In this document: one piece after another, positions 47,736 through 57,112 of the stretch | How positions within the stretch are numbered: the first letter of the stretch is position 1 | Layout of the letters: each line of letters begins with the position of its first letter | NCBI GenBank assembly: GCA_913043225.1 | Contig: CAJWLU010000001.1 | Location: 267,882 to 331,881 of the forward strand | DNA length: 64,000 nt | Direction: 5' to 3' | Origin: an uncultured Acidobacteriota bacterium | GTDB taxonomy: Bacteria; Acidobacteriota; Vicinamibacteria; Vicinamibacterales; UBA8438 | Translations under genes and position numbers: made by a program | Notes under the pieces: generated by a model | The model's input: only the letters and a program-made list of their open reading frames with translations | Told to the model about the DNA's origin: nothing | Databases searched by the model: none

Positions 47736-48431
47736 ATGGCTCGCACTCACGAGTTCATCACGGGGCCCGATTCGGGTTCCGCTCCGTTCACGAAAGAGTG
47801 GCGGGTCCGGCGCCGTTTTGACCGGCGCCTGCGTCTCCTCGGTATTCCGGAGGATCTGACTGGCTGGAGCGTCCTGGATGTCGGAGCCTGGCACGGCTAC
47901 TTCTCGTTCGAATGTGAACGCCGTGGTGCCGACCGGGTCCTCGCCGTCGATCGGTTCGCATGGGACAAGTTCGGGATGGACGAGTTCCTGGCGGCACACG
48001 AGCGCTATCAGTCGCGGGTCGAATACCAGCACCTGGATGCCCACGAGCTCGACGTGGACCAGATCGGGAAGTTCGATTTGGTGCTAGTGCTCGGAGTGTT
48101 CTACCATCTGCGCAACCCGGTGGCGGCGCTGGAGCGGATGGCTCGACTGACCCGTCGCTTGCTCATCTGCGAGACTCACGTGCTGCTGCCGTTCATCCAC
48201 GAACGCTATCCTCTGGTCCCGTTTTTTCCGGGCGACGAGCGGACGGACGAACAGACCTACGATCTTTGCGGCATCCCGACAATGACCGCGTTAACCGAGA
48301 TGCTCCGCTTCTCCGGATTCAATGAAGTGGATATCCGCTACCGGCCATCGTTTCGCTACTGGAAGAAGCTGATGGCGCTCGTAACGATGCGACCGCAGTC
48401 GGGACGTGGCATCGTGCATGCGAGACCCTAG
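47736..48431 (+). CDS. class I SAM-dependent methyltransferase (CmoB/DUF1698-like)
   Basis: Motif I VLDVGAWHGYFSFECERRGADRVLAVD and post-I FDLVLVLGVFYHLRNP. Starts 13 nt after the actF stop. Confidence 0.75.
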   Translation: MARTHEFITGPDSGSAPFTKEWRVRRRFDRRLRLLGIPEDLTGWSVLDVGAWHGYFSFECERRGADRVLAVDRFAWDKFGMDEFLAAHERYQSRVEYQHLDAHELDVDQIGKFDLVLVLGVFYHLRNPVAALERMARLTRRLLICETHVLLPFIHERYPLVPFFPGDERTDEQTYDLCGIPTMTALTEMLRFSGFNEVDIRYRPSFRYWKKLMALVTMRPQSGRGIVHARP

Positions 48432-48538
48432 AACTGCACTCCAAGGAAACAGGTGTCAGCAGGAAACCGGTGGGCTTCGCCGGCTGACGATTTATACGCA
48501 CCCCCCCTGCGACCAGGCGGGATGAAAGAGAGGACGAC

Positions 48539-49444
48539 ATGAACATTGCGGTGATCGGGATGGGGACCATGGGCGCCCCGATGGCACGGAATCTGTTGAA
48601 GGCAGGCCACAGCGTGGTGGTGCACAACCGCACCCGCGAGCGCGAGGAACCGCTGGTGGCTGACGGCGCGTCCCGGGCAGACACGCCGGCCGCTGCGGCC
48701 TCCGGCGTCGAAGTCGTCCTAACCTGTGTTTCCGATACGCCCGATGTGCAGCGGGTGCTGCTCGACCCAAAGATCGGCGTAATCAATGGTCTGACCAGCG
48801 GCTCGCTCATCATTGACTGCTCATCGATCGCACCCGCCGCCACCCGCGAAATTGCGGCGACGTTCGCCGACAAGGGCATCGGCTTTGTCGACGCCCCCGT
48901 ATCCGGCGGTTCCGAAGGCGCGATCAAGGGCACCCTGGCCATTATGTGCGGCGGCACCGTGGACAACTTCGCACGCGCCACCCCGCTGCTCGAGGTACTG
49001 GGCTCGAAGGTTACCCACATCGGCGACGTCGGCGCTGGCCAGGTCGCCAAAGTCGCCAACCAAATCGTTATTGCCGGCACCTATCTGGCCCTCGGTGAAG
49101 CACTGACGCTCGCCGCCAAAGCGGGCGCGGATCCGCAGAAGGTCGTCGAAGCGATCGGTGGTGGAGTGGCCGGCTCGTGGATCATGCAGAACCGGTCAAG
49201 CAACGTCCTCAACGACACCTATCCGCTCGGCTTCCGTACCAGGCTCCATCGCAAGGATCTCGGCATCGCCCTCGATACGGCGCGCACATTCGAGGTGCCG
49301 GTGCCCGTCGCTAGCCTGGTCGCCACCATCGAGGACGGTCTGATTGCTCAGGGACTCGGTGACGAAGATATGTCCAACCTGGCCAGATTCATTCGACGCG
49401 GCGCCGGCGTACCGGACGGCCCGCTCTCTGCCGGCGACTCGTAG
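48539..49444 (+). CDS. NAD(P)-dependent 3-hydroxyisobutyrate / tartronate-semialdehyde reductase family dehydrogenase
   Basis: Rossmann N-terminus MNIAVIGMGTMGAPMARNLLKAGH. Motifs DAPVSGG..GA..GTL and GAGQVAKVANQ. RBS AGAGAGGA upstream. Confidence 0.85.
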   Translation: MNIAVIGMGTMGAPMARNLLKAGHSVVVHNRTREREEPLVADGASRADTPAAAASGVEVVLTCVSDTPDVQRVLLDPKIGVINGLTSGSLIIDCSSIAPAATREIAATFADKGIGFVDAPVSGGSEGAIKGTLAIMCGGTVDNFARATPLLEVLGSKVTHIGDVGAGQVAKVANQIVIAGTYLALGEALTLAAKAGADPQKVVEAIGGGVAGSWIMQNRSSNVLNDTYPLGFRTRLHRKDLGIALDTARTFEVPVPVASLVATIEDGLIAQGLGDEDMSNLARFIRRGAGVPDGPLSAGDS

Positions 49445-49457
49445 CACGGACAACGAC

Positions 49458-50159
49458 ATGCGTAGGAAGGTATATCCAAGCTCCGCCGCCGCCCTCGACG
49501 GGTTGCTCAATGACGGCCTGACCCTGATGGTCGGAGGATTCGGACTCTGCGGGGTGCCGCAGAGCCTCGTCCGGGCGCTTAGAGATTCGGGCGTCAGGGC
49601 GCTCACCTGCATCAGTAACAACGCGGGCATCGACGGCGATGGTCTCGGGCTGCTGCTTGAAACCAGACAGATCGACAAGATGATTGCCAGCTACGTCGGC
49701 GAAAACAAGCTGTTCGAAAAGCAGTTCCTCGACGGTATTCTCGAGGTCGAGCTGAATCCGCAAGGCACGCTCGCCGAGCGAATACGGGCCGGTGGCGCTG
49801 GTATCGCGGCGTTCTTCACCCCGACCGGCTATGGCACGCCACTGACCGAGGGCAAGGAGGCCCGGAAGTTCGACGGGAAGCCCTACGTGCTGGAAACCGC
49901 GCTCCATGCCGACGTCTCGCTGGTGAAGGCCTGGCAGGCAGACGAGGAGGGCAACCTGGTCTACCGGATGACCGCGCGGAACTTCAACCCACCGATGGCC
50001 GAAGCCGGTGCGGTGACGGTGGCGGAAGTCGAAGAAATCGTACCCGTAGGCGAGATCGACCCGCACCACGTGCACACCCCAGGAATCTACGTCGACCGGA
50101 TCGTGGTAGGCGAGTACACCGAGAAGAGCATCGAGCGTCGCACGACGCGCGAAGGATAG
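49458..50159 (+). CDS. scoA: 3-oxoacid CoA-transferase subunit A
   Basis: ATG at 49458 ([37 protein letters not shown]...), typical subunit A. Symbol by analogy (scoA/atoD). Confidence 0.88.
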   Translation: MRRKVYPSSAAALDGLLNDGLTLMVGGFGLCGVPQSLVRALRDSGVRALTCISNNAGIDGDGLGLLLETRQIDKMIASYVGENKLFEKQFLDGILEVELNPQGTLAERIRAGGAGIAAFFTPTGYGTPLTEGKEARKFDGKPYVLETALHADVSLVKAWQADEEGNLVYRMTARNFNPPMAEAGAVTVAEVEEIVPVGEIDPHHVHTPGIYVDRIVVGEYTEKSIERRTTREG

Positions 50160-50163
50160 CAGC

Positions 50164-50820
50164 ATGGCCCTGACCCGTGAGGAGATGGCGGCCCGCGCCG
50201 CCCAGGAGATCAAGGACGGCTTCTACGTCAACCTCGGCATCGGCATCCCCACGCTGTGCGCGAACTACATTCAGGACGGCGTCGATGTAAAGTTGCAGAG
50301 TGAGAACGGCCTGCTGGGGATCGGCCCCTACCCCACCGAGGCGGAGATTGACGCGGATCTCATCAACGCCGGCAAGGAAACGGTGACCACGGTACCCGGG
50401 GCGAGCTTCTTCAGCAGCGCGCAGAGCTTTGCCATGATCCGGGGAGGCCACATCGACCTGGCGATCCTCGGCGCGATGCAGGTGTCGCGCACGGGAGATC
50501 TGGCCAACTGGATGATTCCGGGCGCGGTCGTTAAAGGCCCCGGAGGGGCCATGGATCTGGTGAGCGGTGCCAAGCAGGTGCTGATCGTCATGGATCACCT
50601 GTCGAAGCGCGGCGACAAGAAGATCCTCAATGAATGCAGCCTGCCGCTGACCGGCAAGCAAGTGGTCAATAAAGTGATCACGTCCCTGGCCGTGATCGGG
50701 GTAACCAGCGACGGCCTCAGGCTGCTGGAACGTGCGCCTGGCGTCGAGGTTGACGAAATACGCGCCGCAACCGAACCCGCACTCCTCACACACGGAGACA
50801 TCCCAGAGATTAGCGTCTAG
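50164..50820 (+). CDS. scoB: 3-oxoacid CoA-transferase subunit B
   Basis: [12 protein letters not shown] and the catalytic-Glu motif [14 protein letters not shown], then GGAMDLV. Symbol by analogy (scoB/atoA). Confidence 0.88.
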   Translation: MALTREEMAARAAQEIKDGFYVNLGIGIPTLCANYIQDGVDVKLQSENGLLGIGPYPTEAEIDADLINAGKETVTTVPGASFFSSAQSFAMIRGGHIDLAILGAMQVSRTGDLANWMIPGAVVKGPGGAMDLVSGAKQVLIVMDHLSKRGDKKILNECSLPLTGKQVVNKVITSLAVIGVTSDGLRLLERAPGVEVDEIRAATEPALLTHGDIPEISV

Positions 50821-50842
50821 TGGTATCGGTGTTGTAGCACGG

Positions 50843-51201
50843 CTAGGCTTCCGTCGGTGCGGCCGATCTGCCGCACCGAACCGCAATAGCGATGCGGGTT
50901 CTCTGATTGACGATTTTGGCCGCCGGGTGCAGCTTCGTACCCCACAGCCCGAACGACTCGGCGAATCCCAGTAGGGTGTCTTCCTGCATGGTCATCTTGA
51001 GGCGCCAAATCACGGTGGCGCCCTGTTGGCCGGTCTCGGCGAGACCGGCCTCGAGCGGGACGTTAAATATCCCAACATAATTGCCTTCGACAACTGGAAC
51101 TTGTCGGCCAAGTCTCCGGCTAACAGCGGTCGGTCGCGAAGGAGCTACAACACCCGCCGGCGCCTCGGACCTGAGAACGCCTTGAATGCGTCTCGGCTCA
51201 T
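50843..51201 (-). pseudogene. ArsR/SmtB-family HTH regulator pseudogene (one in-frame TAG plus one frameshift)
   Basis: Hand translation from ATG 51201 gives MSRDAFKAFSGPRRRRVL*LLRDRPLLAGDLADKFQLSKAIMLGY. After a frame change near 51062-51080 it reads IFNVPLEAGLAETGQQGATVIWRLKMTMQEDTLLGFAESFGL...*. Collinear with the ArsR consensus (..AL.DPTRR.IL.LL...pl.a.ela..l.lS..t.S.HL..L..AGLv....G....Y.l). TAG at 51145-51147. The region is visibly AT-richer. Confidence 0.5.
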
Positions 51202-51330
51202 GTCCTGCTAATTTGCTTACTGGGAAAATACTGGTCGAATGCCGACCGGGATACGCAACGCGTTGAGGGGCGTCGTCGTATCATTAATGCTTCGTTACGC
51301 TGAGAAGATTTCACCGGAGGCCAGAGCCCT

Positions 51331-52929
51331 ATGCCGACCCTGAGCCAGTGCACCTGCTGCGCCGCCCTTGTCACGCTGCTACTGAGCGCACCGATTGCCA
51401 TCGCACAGGATCCGCCCGAGTTACCGGAGCAGTATCGCGATCCGATCGACCTGATGGCCGAAGTGCTCGGCACCTACGCCTTCGAGATCTCCTCGGAGTC
51501 CGCCGAGGCGCAAGACTTCTTCAACCAGGGGATGCAACTGATGTTCGCCTTTGCCAAGGCGGACGCGGTACGGTCGTTCCGTGAGGCGTGGAAGCGGGAT
51601 CCAAACTGCGCCATCTGCTACTGGGGCGAGGCGTGGGCCTGGGGCTCGTATCTGAACGGGCCAATGCGACCGCCCGAGGCACCGCACGCCTACTCCGCCG
51701 CACAGCAGGCTAGACGGCTGTCAGAAGTGCACGCCAACGCGAAAGAGCGGGCCTACATCGATGCGCTGTCGGTGCGCTATGTCGAGAACTTCGAAGTCGA
51801 CAAACGGCGCGATCAGGACGAGGCCTACGCCGAAGCGATGCGACTACTGGTGGACCGGTTCCCGGACGACCTCGACGCGACCACGCTCTATGGCGATGCG
51901 CTCTTTCTGCTGGAGCCCAGGCGTGGCACCCGCGACCTCAACGACCCCAGGGTTCAGCGACTGCATGCGGTGCTCGAGAGCGTGCTCGAACGGGACATCA
52001 AACATCCCGGCGCCTGTCACCTCTATATCCACGCCACCGAGTCGACCTCACGACCGGACAAGGCCGAGGCCTGTGCGGAGCATCTTGGGCTGGCCATCCC
52101 CGGAGCAAGCCATATCAACCACATGCCGTCGCACACCTGGAACGAGGTGGGCCGTTGGGGTGATGGCGTCCGCTCGAACCTGCGCGCCTGGCACTCGGAC
52201 CAGATGTCCGAGTTCGGAACCGGGATCGCCATTTACCCAACCCACAACCTGCACATGCTGCTCTTCGCCGCGTCGATGGACGGGCAAGGCGCGATCGCCA
52301 TCCAGGCAGGCAAGGATTTCCACAAGCTGACCGGCAACAGCGTGCATCATGCCCTAACCCTAATCCGCTTCGGAAGATTCGACGAAGTCCTCAAGGTTAC
52401 CGAGCGCCCTGACAGTGAGGTGGCCGGCGGGCTGTGGGACTTCGCGCAGGGCTACGCGCACCTGCGTGAGGGCGACGTCGACTTCGCGGAGGTCTATCTG
52501 AATCGGGTGAAGGAGCTAGCGGCGACCTCTGAGGCGCAGATGCGGTTCCACCCGGCAGAGACCCTGCTCGGCGTAGCCGCAGGCATCCTCGAGGGCGAGC
52601 TCCATCGTGAGGCAAGCGACCTGAACGCCGCCGAATCCGCGTTTGAGCAAGCCGTTGAGCTTGAGGACAGCCTGGCCTACGACGAACCTGAGCCGCTGCC
52701 CTTTGCCGCCAGACACTGGCTGGGGGCGCTCCTCCTCGAACGGGAACGATGGGCCGAGGCGGAGCAGGTGTTCAGAGCTGAGCTCGATGACCACCCCCAC
52801 AACGGGTGGTCCCTGTTCGGCCTGAAGACGGCGATCGAAGCCCAGGGTCGCACCGACGCCGACGTGGATGCCGACCTCGAACAGAGCTGGGCGCGCGCCG
52901 ACACCTGGCTGTACACGCCGCGTTATTGA
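51331..52929 (+). CDS. secreted TPR-like repeat protein (conserved hypothetical)
   Basis: Signal peptide (CCAALVTLLLSAPIAIAQ). Helical-repeat sequence (AQDFFNQGMQLMFAFAKADAVRSFREAWKRDPNCAICYWGEAWAWG...). No functional family recalled. Confidence 0.6.
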   Translation: MPTLSQCTCCAALVTLLLSAPIAIAQDPPELPEQYRDPIDLMAEVLGTYAFEISSESAEAQDFFNQGMQLMFAFAKADAVRSFREAWKRDPNCAICYWGEAWAWGSYLNGPMRPPEAPHAYSAAQQARRLSEVHANAKERAYIDALSVRYVENFEVDKRRDQDEAYAEAMRLLVDRFPDDLDATTLYGDALFLLEPRRGTRDLNDPRVQRLHAVLESVLERDIKHPGACHLYIHATESTSRPDKAEACAEHLGLAIPGASHINHMPSHTWNEVGRWGDGVRSNLRAWHSDQMSEFGTGIAIYPTHNLHMLLFAASMDGQGAIAIQAGKDFHKLTGNSVHHALTLIRFGRFDEVLKVTERPDSEVAGGLWDFAQGYAHLREGDVDFAEVYLNRVKELAATSEAQMRFHPAETLLGVAAGILEGELHREASDLNAAESAFEQAVELEDSLAYDEPEPLPFAARHWLGALLLERERWAEAEQVFRAELDDHPHNGWSLFGLKTAIEAQGRTDADVDADLEQSWARADTWLYTPRY

Positions 52930-54155
52930 GACACACCGAAGTCGAGGGGACGACCACGCCAGGTGCTCGTCTTCAGCTCCAGCACGTGGCGATCGGGATC
53001 ACGCAAATAGAGACTGCGACCTCCCTCCGGCCAGTCGACTACGCTCTCGATCTCGATACCCGCGTCGTGAAGACGCGACCGCCAGCGGTCCAGATCGGCC
53101 GGGCGGATACCGAACGCTAGATGCTGCTGCCCGCGACCGTCCGAGGACGGAATCGTTCCATGTGGCGTCACCGTCGGTTCGACCGACGCGCCCTGCTTGA
53201 ATAACAGCAGCACTTGATTCTCGGCCACGTCGAGGGCCGCCATCCGCTCCATCGGCTCCATCGCGCGGGTGAAGCCCAGCACGCGCTGATAGAACTCAAC
53301 CGACCGACCGAGATCGGCGACGTAAAGCGCCGTCTCGGTCACCGCAACTACCTTCTCCTCGGCTGCCAGAGCCCGCTTCTCTGCCTGCTCCTCCTCACGC
53401 ACGCGCGTGAGCGCGGACGCGATGAGCCCGGTCGGCACCGCCACCACCCCCAGCCCCGCCATCAGAACCAGGAACGTGAACATACGCCCGCCCGCCGTCA
53501 CGGGGAAGGCGTCTCCGTAGCCGACTGTAGTTAGGGTGACCACCGCCCACCAGAGACTGTCGAAGACCGACGCAAATGTCTCCGGCTGAGCGGCGTTCTC
53601 GAAGTAATGGATGCCCACCGCGGACAGATAGATGAGCACCATGGCGGTGCCCAGAAAGGCGATCAGTTCCTCGCGCACGAGGACGGCAGCCCGTCGGAAC
53701 CTAGCCATCGCGTCGCCGTAGCGGGCCAGTTTGAGGATGCGGGCCAGACGGAACAGCCGCAGCGCGCGGATCGAACGCAAGTCGACCCCCAGCGCCACAT
53801 AGAACGGCAAGATCGCCAGCAAGTCGACCACGCCGAAGAAGCTGAAGACGAACGTGAGCTTCCGGTCCGCCACCAGTAACCGGAGCAGATATTCAATGGT
53901 AAACACGACCACCGAGAACACTTCCAGGCGGCGAAGGAGTTCTAGGGTCTCCGGTGACAGATCCGGCAGGGTCTCGATCGAGAACGCGGCAATGGTGAGA
54001 AGGATGACCCCCACCACGACGGCGTCGAAGAGACGACCGGCGAAGGTATCGGTATCCTCGACGATGCGCTTCAGACTCACGCCGGAAGTGTATCGCGGGC
54101 AAGCTGGCCCGAGACGCGAACGGAGGGGATCAATACAGGAGCATGGCGACGACAA
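52923..54155 (-). CDS. voltage-sensor-type K+ channel fused to a C-terminal VOC (glyoxalase/bleomycin-resistance/dioxygenase-like) domain
   Basis: S4 LRSIRALRLFRLARILKLARY (53718-53780). Selectivity filter TTVGYGD (53511-53531). Linker REEEQAEKRALAAEEK. VOC-like ALYVADLGRSVEFYQRVLGF...HLAFGI...SLYLRDPDRHVLEL (52962-53351). Start at 54155 (26-nt overlap with the VWA gene) or GTG 54080. Confidence 0.8.
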   Translation of the reverse strand: MSSPCSCIDPLRSRLGPACPRYTSGVSLKRIVEDTDTFAGRLFDAVVVGVILLTIAAFSIETLPDLSPETLELLRRLEVFSVVVFTIEYLLRLLVADRKLTFVFSFFGVVDLLAILPFYVALGVDLRSIRALRLFRLARILKLARYGDAMARFRRAAVLVREELIAFLGTAMVLIYLSAVGIHYFENAAQPETFASVFDSLWWAVVTLTTVGYGDAFPVTAGGRMFTFLVLMAGLGVVAVPTGLIASALTRVREEEQAEKRALAAEEKVVAVTETALYVADLGRSVEFYQRVLGFTRAMEPMERMAALDVAENQVLLLFKQGASVEPTVTPHGTIPSSDGRGQQHLAFGIRPADLDRWRSRLHDAGIEIESVVDWPEGGRSLYLRDPDRHVLELKTSTWRGRPLDFGVSQ

Positions 54156-55218
54156 ACATCAGGATGGCCAGCATCACCACCCACTGCCAGACCTCCTGCT
54201 TATCGTCGGACGGGATGAGCTGGAACGAGATACTGCGGTGGCTGTCGACCACGTTGCGGAGGAAGTTGGCTGATTCGAGCTGCTGGCTGTCCATAGAAAA
54301 GGTGCGCCCGCCAGTGCGCTGCACCACCATGTTGATGCCATCCTGCTCCAGCCGGGTCCGCTGCCCGTCGAGGTCGGCCTCCAACGTCTCGTCATAGTCG
54401 ACACCACGAATGTAGTCGAGCAGCACGGTGTCCACGTTGACCCCAGTCCGGCTCCCGATCCCGATCGGGTAGATCGCGAGCCCCCGGCGGTTGAACTCAC
54501 CGAGAGCGATATCCAGACGGCTCCGCTGTTCGGCGTCGATCAGAAAGTCTCCGTCGGTGAACAGCAGGACCAGACGGTCGCTCCGCTCCTCGGGCTGCCA
54601 GTCGTCCTCACCCGACTCGAACCGATCCTGATTGTCGAGCGACAGATAGATCGACTCGAACGCGGTCGCGATGTCGCTGTCCCAGGGAAACGCATCGCCA
54701 GACAGTGTCAACGGCGGACCGATCCGCCCCACCTCTTCCACGAACCGTTCAGCGTTGGACGACAGGTGGACCCGACGTAGTGCCGTGGTGCCCCAAACGA
54801 ACACGGCGGTACGGTCGCCCGGCGTCAGCAGGTCTTGCGTGTACAGACTCAGCGCCTCCCGCACGGCGAGGTCGAGTCGCGATGGACCAAGGTCCTTGAC
54901 CCACATGGAGGCCGAGGCGTCGACCGCCACGATGACGTCCACGTCGCCCCGCTTGAAGCTCGACGCACCGTAGACCCAGAACGGCCTCGCGGCGGCCACC
55001 GCCACGAGCGTGAGTGCTGCAATCGCGAAGAACCAGAACTTAATGTGACCGAACAGGGGGTAGTTCGACCCTTCGCTGCGGGCCGGTCTCAATTGCAAGC
55101 GGAGCGCAAAGACGACCAGTCCGAAGGCCAGCAGCAGCCCAGCGATCGGCACGATAGCCAGATACTCCGGGTTGGCGAACTCGACACTGTCCCGGAACAG
55201 GCTGGTGATGGCGTCCAC
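54130..55218 (-). CDS. VWA domain-containing membrane protein (BatA/BatB-like)
   Basis: N-terminal FANPEYLAIVPIAGLLLAFGLVVFAL plus a second TM. MIDAS DVIVAVDASASMW. C-terminal TM (WQWVVMLAILMFVVAMLLY*). Confidence 0.85.
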   Translation of the reverse strand: MDAITSLFRDSVEFANPEYLAIVPIAGLLLAFGLVVFALRLQLRPARSEGSNYPLFGHIKFWFFAIAALTLVAVAAARPFWVYGASSFKRGDVDVIVAVDASASMWVKDLGPSRLDLAVREALSLYTQDLLTPGDRTAVFVWGTTALRRVHLSSNAERFVEEVGRIGPPLTLSGDAFPWDSDIATAFESIYLSLDNQDRFESGEDDWQPEERSDRLVLLFTDGDFLIDAEQRSRLDIALGEFNRRGLAIYPIGIGSRTGVNVDTVLLDYIRGVDYDETLEADLDGQRTRLEQDGINMVVQRTGGRTFSMDSQQLESANFLRNVVDSHRSISFQLIPSDDKQEVWQWVVMLAILMFVVAMLLY

Positions 55219-55253
55219 CGCTCGGCTTCCTCAGACTGCAGTCCGTCTCAAGG

Positions 55254-55919
55254 TCAGCCGCGGCGGCGGCGGACCGGGGTGCCCTCGCCCTTCATCTGCT
55301 CGAGCTCGGGCGGCTCGATCTCGCGGGGCGCCTCAAGGGCCCGACGCACCGCCTCGGGGTTGCTGGTCAAGTCGTAGTTCCACTTGTAGTCGAACCGGTC
55401 GGTGAGGTCGCTCCGGAGCGCCCGCTCGTAGTCCGGGTTGATGGTCTCCATCACCTCCACGATGATGGCTTCCTTGAGACGCGCGGCATCCGGGTCTTCA
55501 CCGTCGATGGCGCGATAGCGCTCCCGTGCCAGCAGGAACTTCGCGTTCGCGAGCAGATGCGACGCCCGCGCATCGTCCACTTCATCAGACAGATCGTCCA
55601 CGACCGTCTGGAGGTCGCCAGTCAGATAGCTGTAAGACGCCTGCTGCAAGAAAGCATCCTGAAAGAGATAGGAGTCAACCAGCTGCTGGACACCCCAGGC
55701 GCGGCTCCCTTCGTAGAACGCTGACACCTCGGCGAGTTGCTGCTCGGCGGTCTCGTAGTCGGCGCGCTGCACGCTATCGCTGAGCCCCTCCAGGTTGTCG
55801 TAGAACACAGCCAGGCTGCGGGACGGCACCCACACGGCGACGAAGAACGCCACCGCCAGCACGAGGCCGATGAGATAACGGAAGGAATGTTCCTTGTCGA
55901 GCAGGTCTGTCAGTCGCAT
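55254..55919 (-). CDS. hypothetical N-terminally anchored helical protein (occupies BatC-like position)
   Basis: TM helix YLIGLVLAVAFFVAVWV followed by an acidic helical region. Ends EGTPVRRRRG*. Assigned only by operon context. Confidence 0.55.
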   Translation of the reverse strand: MRLTDLLDKEHSFRYLIGLVLAVAFFVAVWVPSRSLAVFYDNLEGLSDSVQRADYETAEQQLAEVSAFYEGSRAWGVQQLVDSYLFQDAFLQQASYSYLTGDLQTVVDDLSDEVDDARASHLLANAKFLLARERYRAIDGEDPDAARLKEAIIVEVMETINPDYERALRSDLTDRFDYKWNYDLTSNPEAVRRALEAPREIEPPELEQMKGEGTPVRRRRG

Positions 55920-55965
55920 GTCGTCTGTTCAGGACCGGCCGCTGAGCCGGCCTGACTCCTCGATT

Positions 55966-57096
55966 CTAGGGGGTCGTCCCCCAGAGCAGCTCCGAAACGA
56001 ATCCGAGCGGTATCCCGACTACCAGTAGTCCCATAGCCACGAGTAGGAATCTGGAATAGATGGGCACTCTCAGAGCACGGTGCTTCAGTTCGACCCGCAC
56101 CGCTTCACGCTCGTCGATCGCCTGGTAAGCGCGCAGCAGGCTGTCCTCGCTGGTGACGTCGAAGTAGTCGCCGCCATACTCCTGAATCTGGGCCACCAGC
56201 TGCGGCACACTCGGATTCAGGAAGCTCGCGGTACGGGCATCACTCGTGTTGATGTAGATCAAATACGGGACGATGTTGCGCTTGCTAAGCTCTTCGAACT
56301 CCGCATCCGGGAACTCGTCGACCGCGGCATCGGTGATGATGAGCACGGCACGATTCTGATTCCGTCCGCGCCCTTGAACCGCTTCGTCCCGGTCAAAGTG
56401 CTTCACGATGTCCTGCAGCGGCCGGATGATGTTGGTGTCCCCTTCGGCGGGAATAATCCGCACCTTGTCCCGCGGCACCACCATCGCCTTATCGAGCCGC
56501 TGGGTCATCACATACGGCGCATCCCAGACCTGGTAGTAGTAGAGCTCGTCGTCCATGACGAAGTCATCCACCATGTAGGGATAGGTCGAGAACAACCAGA
56601 GCGACACACGGTCGTTCTTCTCACGACGCATCTCGAGAAACTCGAGGTGCGCGTCTCGAGCCACCTCGGCCTTCGACTTGTTCGTATCAGGGAACTCCCA
56701 TGCCATCGAACCCGACGTGTCGACGAGATCGATCCGCACACGCGACTCGACCGACCCACTCACTTCCTCAGTCGCAGTAAGAAACGGATCGGCCACCGAG
56801 ACGACGAGCATGACGAGCGCAGCTGCGAGCAAGACCTTCGGCGCCGTGTGCAGCACGCGGACCCAAAGCCGTTTCCGGTGCCTCGCCTCGATGAGATGGC
56901 CAGAGTGCTGTCGCGCATGCCGCTTGCGGGTCGAGGCTAGCCGCACCAGCGTCAGAGCGAGAACCACACCGACCGCCACCGCCAGCGCCACGGCCATACC
57001 GACATCGCCGTACCGCACTTGGGCATAGTCGGTCTCGAGCAGCTCGCGAAAGCCGCTATCGAGGAAGGCGACCAGCTCGTTCCATGGCATCAACAT
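55966..57096 (-). CDS. VWA domain-containing membrane protein (BatA/BatB-like)
   Basis: Two N-terminal TM helices, MIDAS RIDLVDTSGSMAW, and a C-terminal TM (FLLVAMGLLVVGIPLGF). Confidence 0.8.
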   Translation of the reverse strand: MLMPWNELVAFLDSGFRELLETDYAQVRYGDVGMAVALAVAVGVVLALTLVRLASTRKRHARQHSGHLIEARHRKRLWVRVLHTAPKVLLAAALVMLVVSVADPFLTATEEVSGSVESRVRIDLVDTSGSMAWEFPDTNKSKAEVARDAHLEFLEMRREKNDRVSLWLFSTYPYMVDDFVMDDELYYYQVWDAPYVMTQRLDKAMVVPRDKVRIIPAEGDTNIIRPLQDIVKHFDRDEAVQGRGRNQNRAVLIITDAAVDEFPDAEFEELSKRNIVPYLIYINTSDARTASFLNPSVPQLVAQIQEYGGDYFDVTSEDSLLRAYQAIDEREAVRVELKHRALRVPIYSRFLLVAMGLLVVGIPLGFVSELLWGTTP

Positions 57097-57112
57097 GAGA
57101 TCGCTCGCAGGT

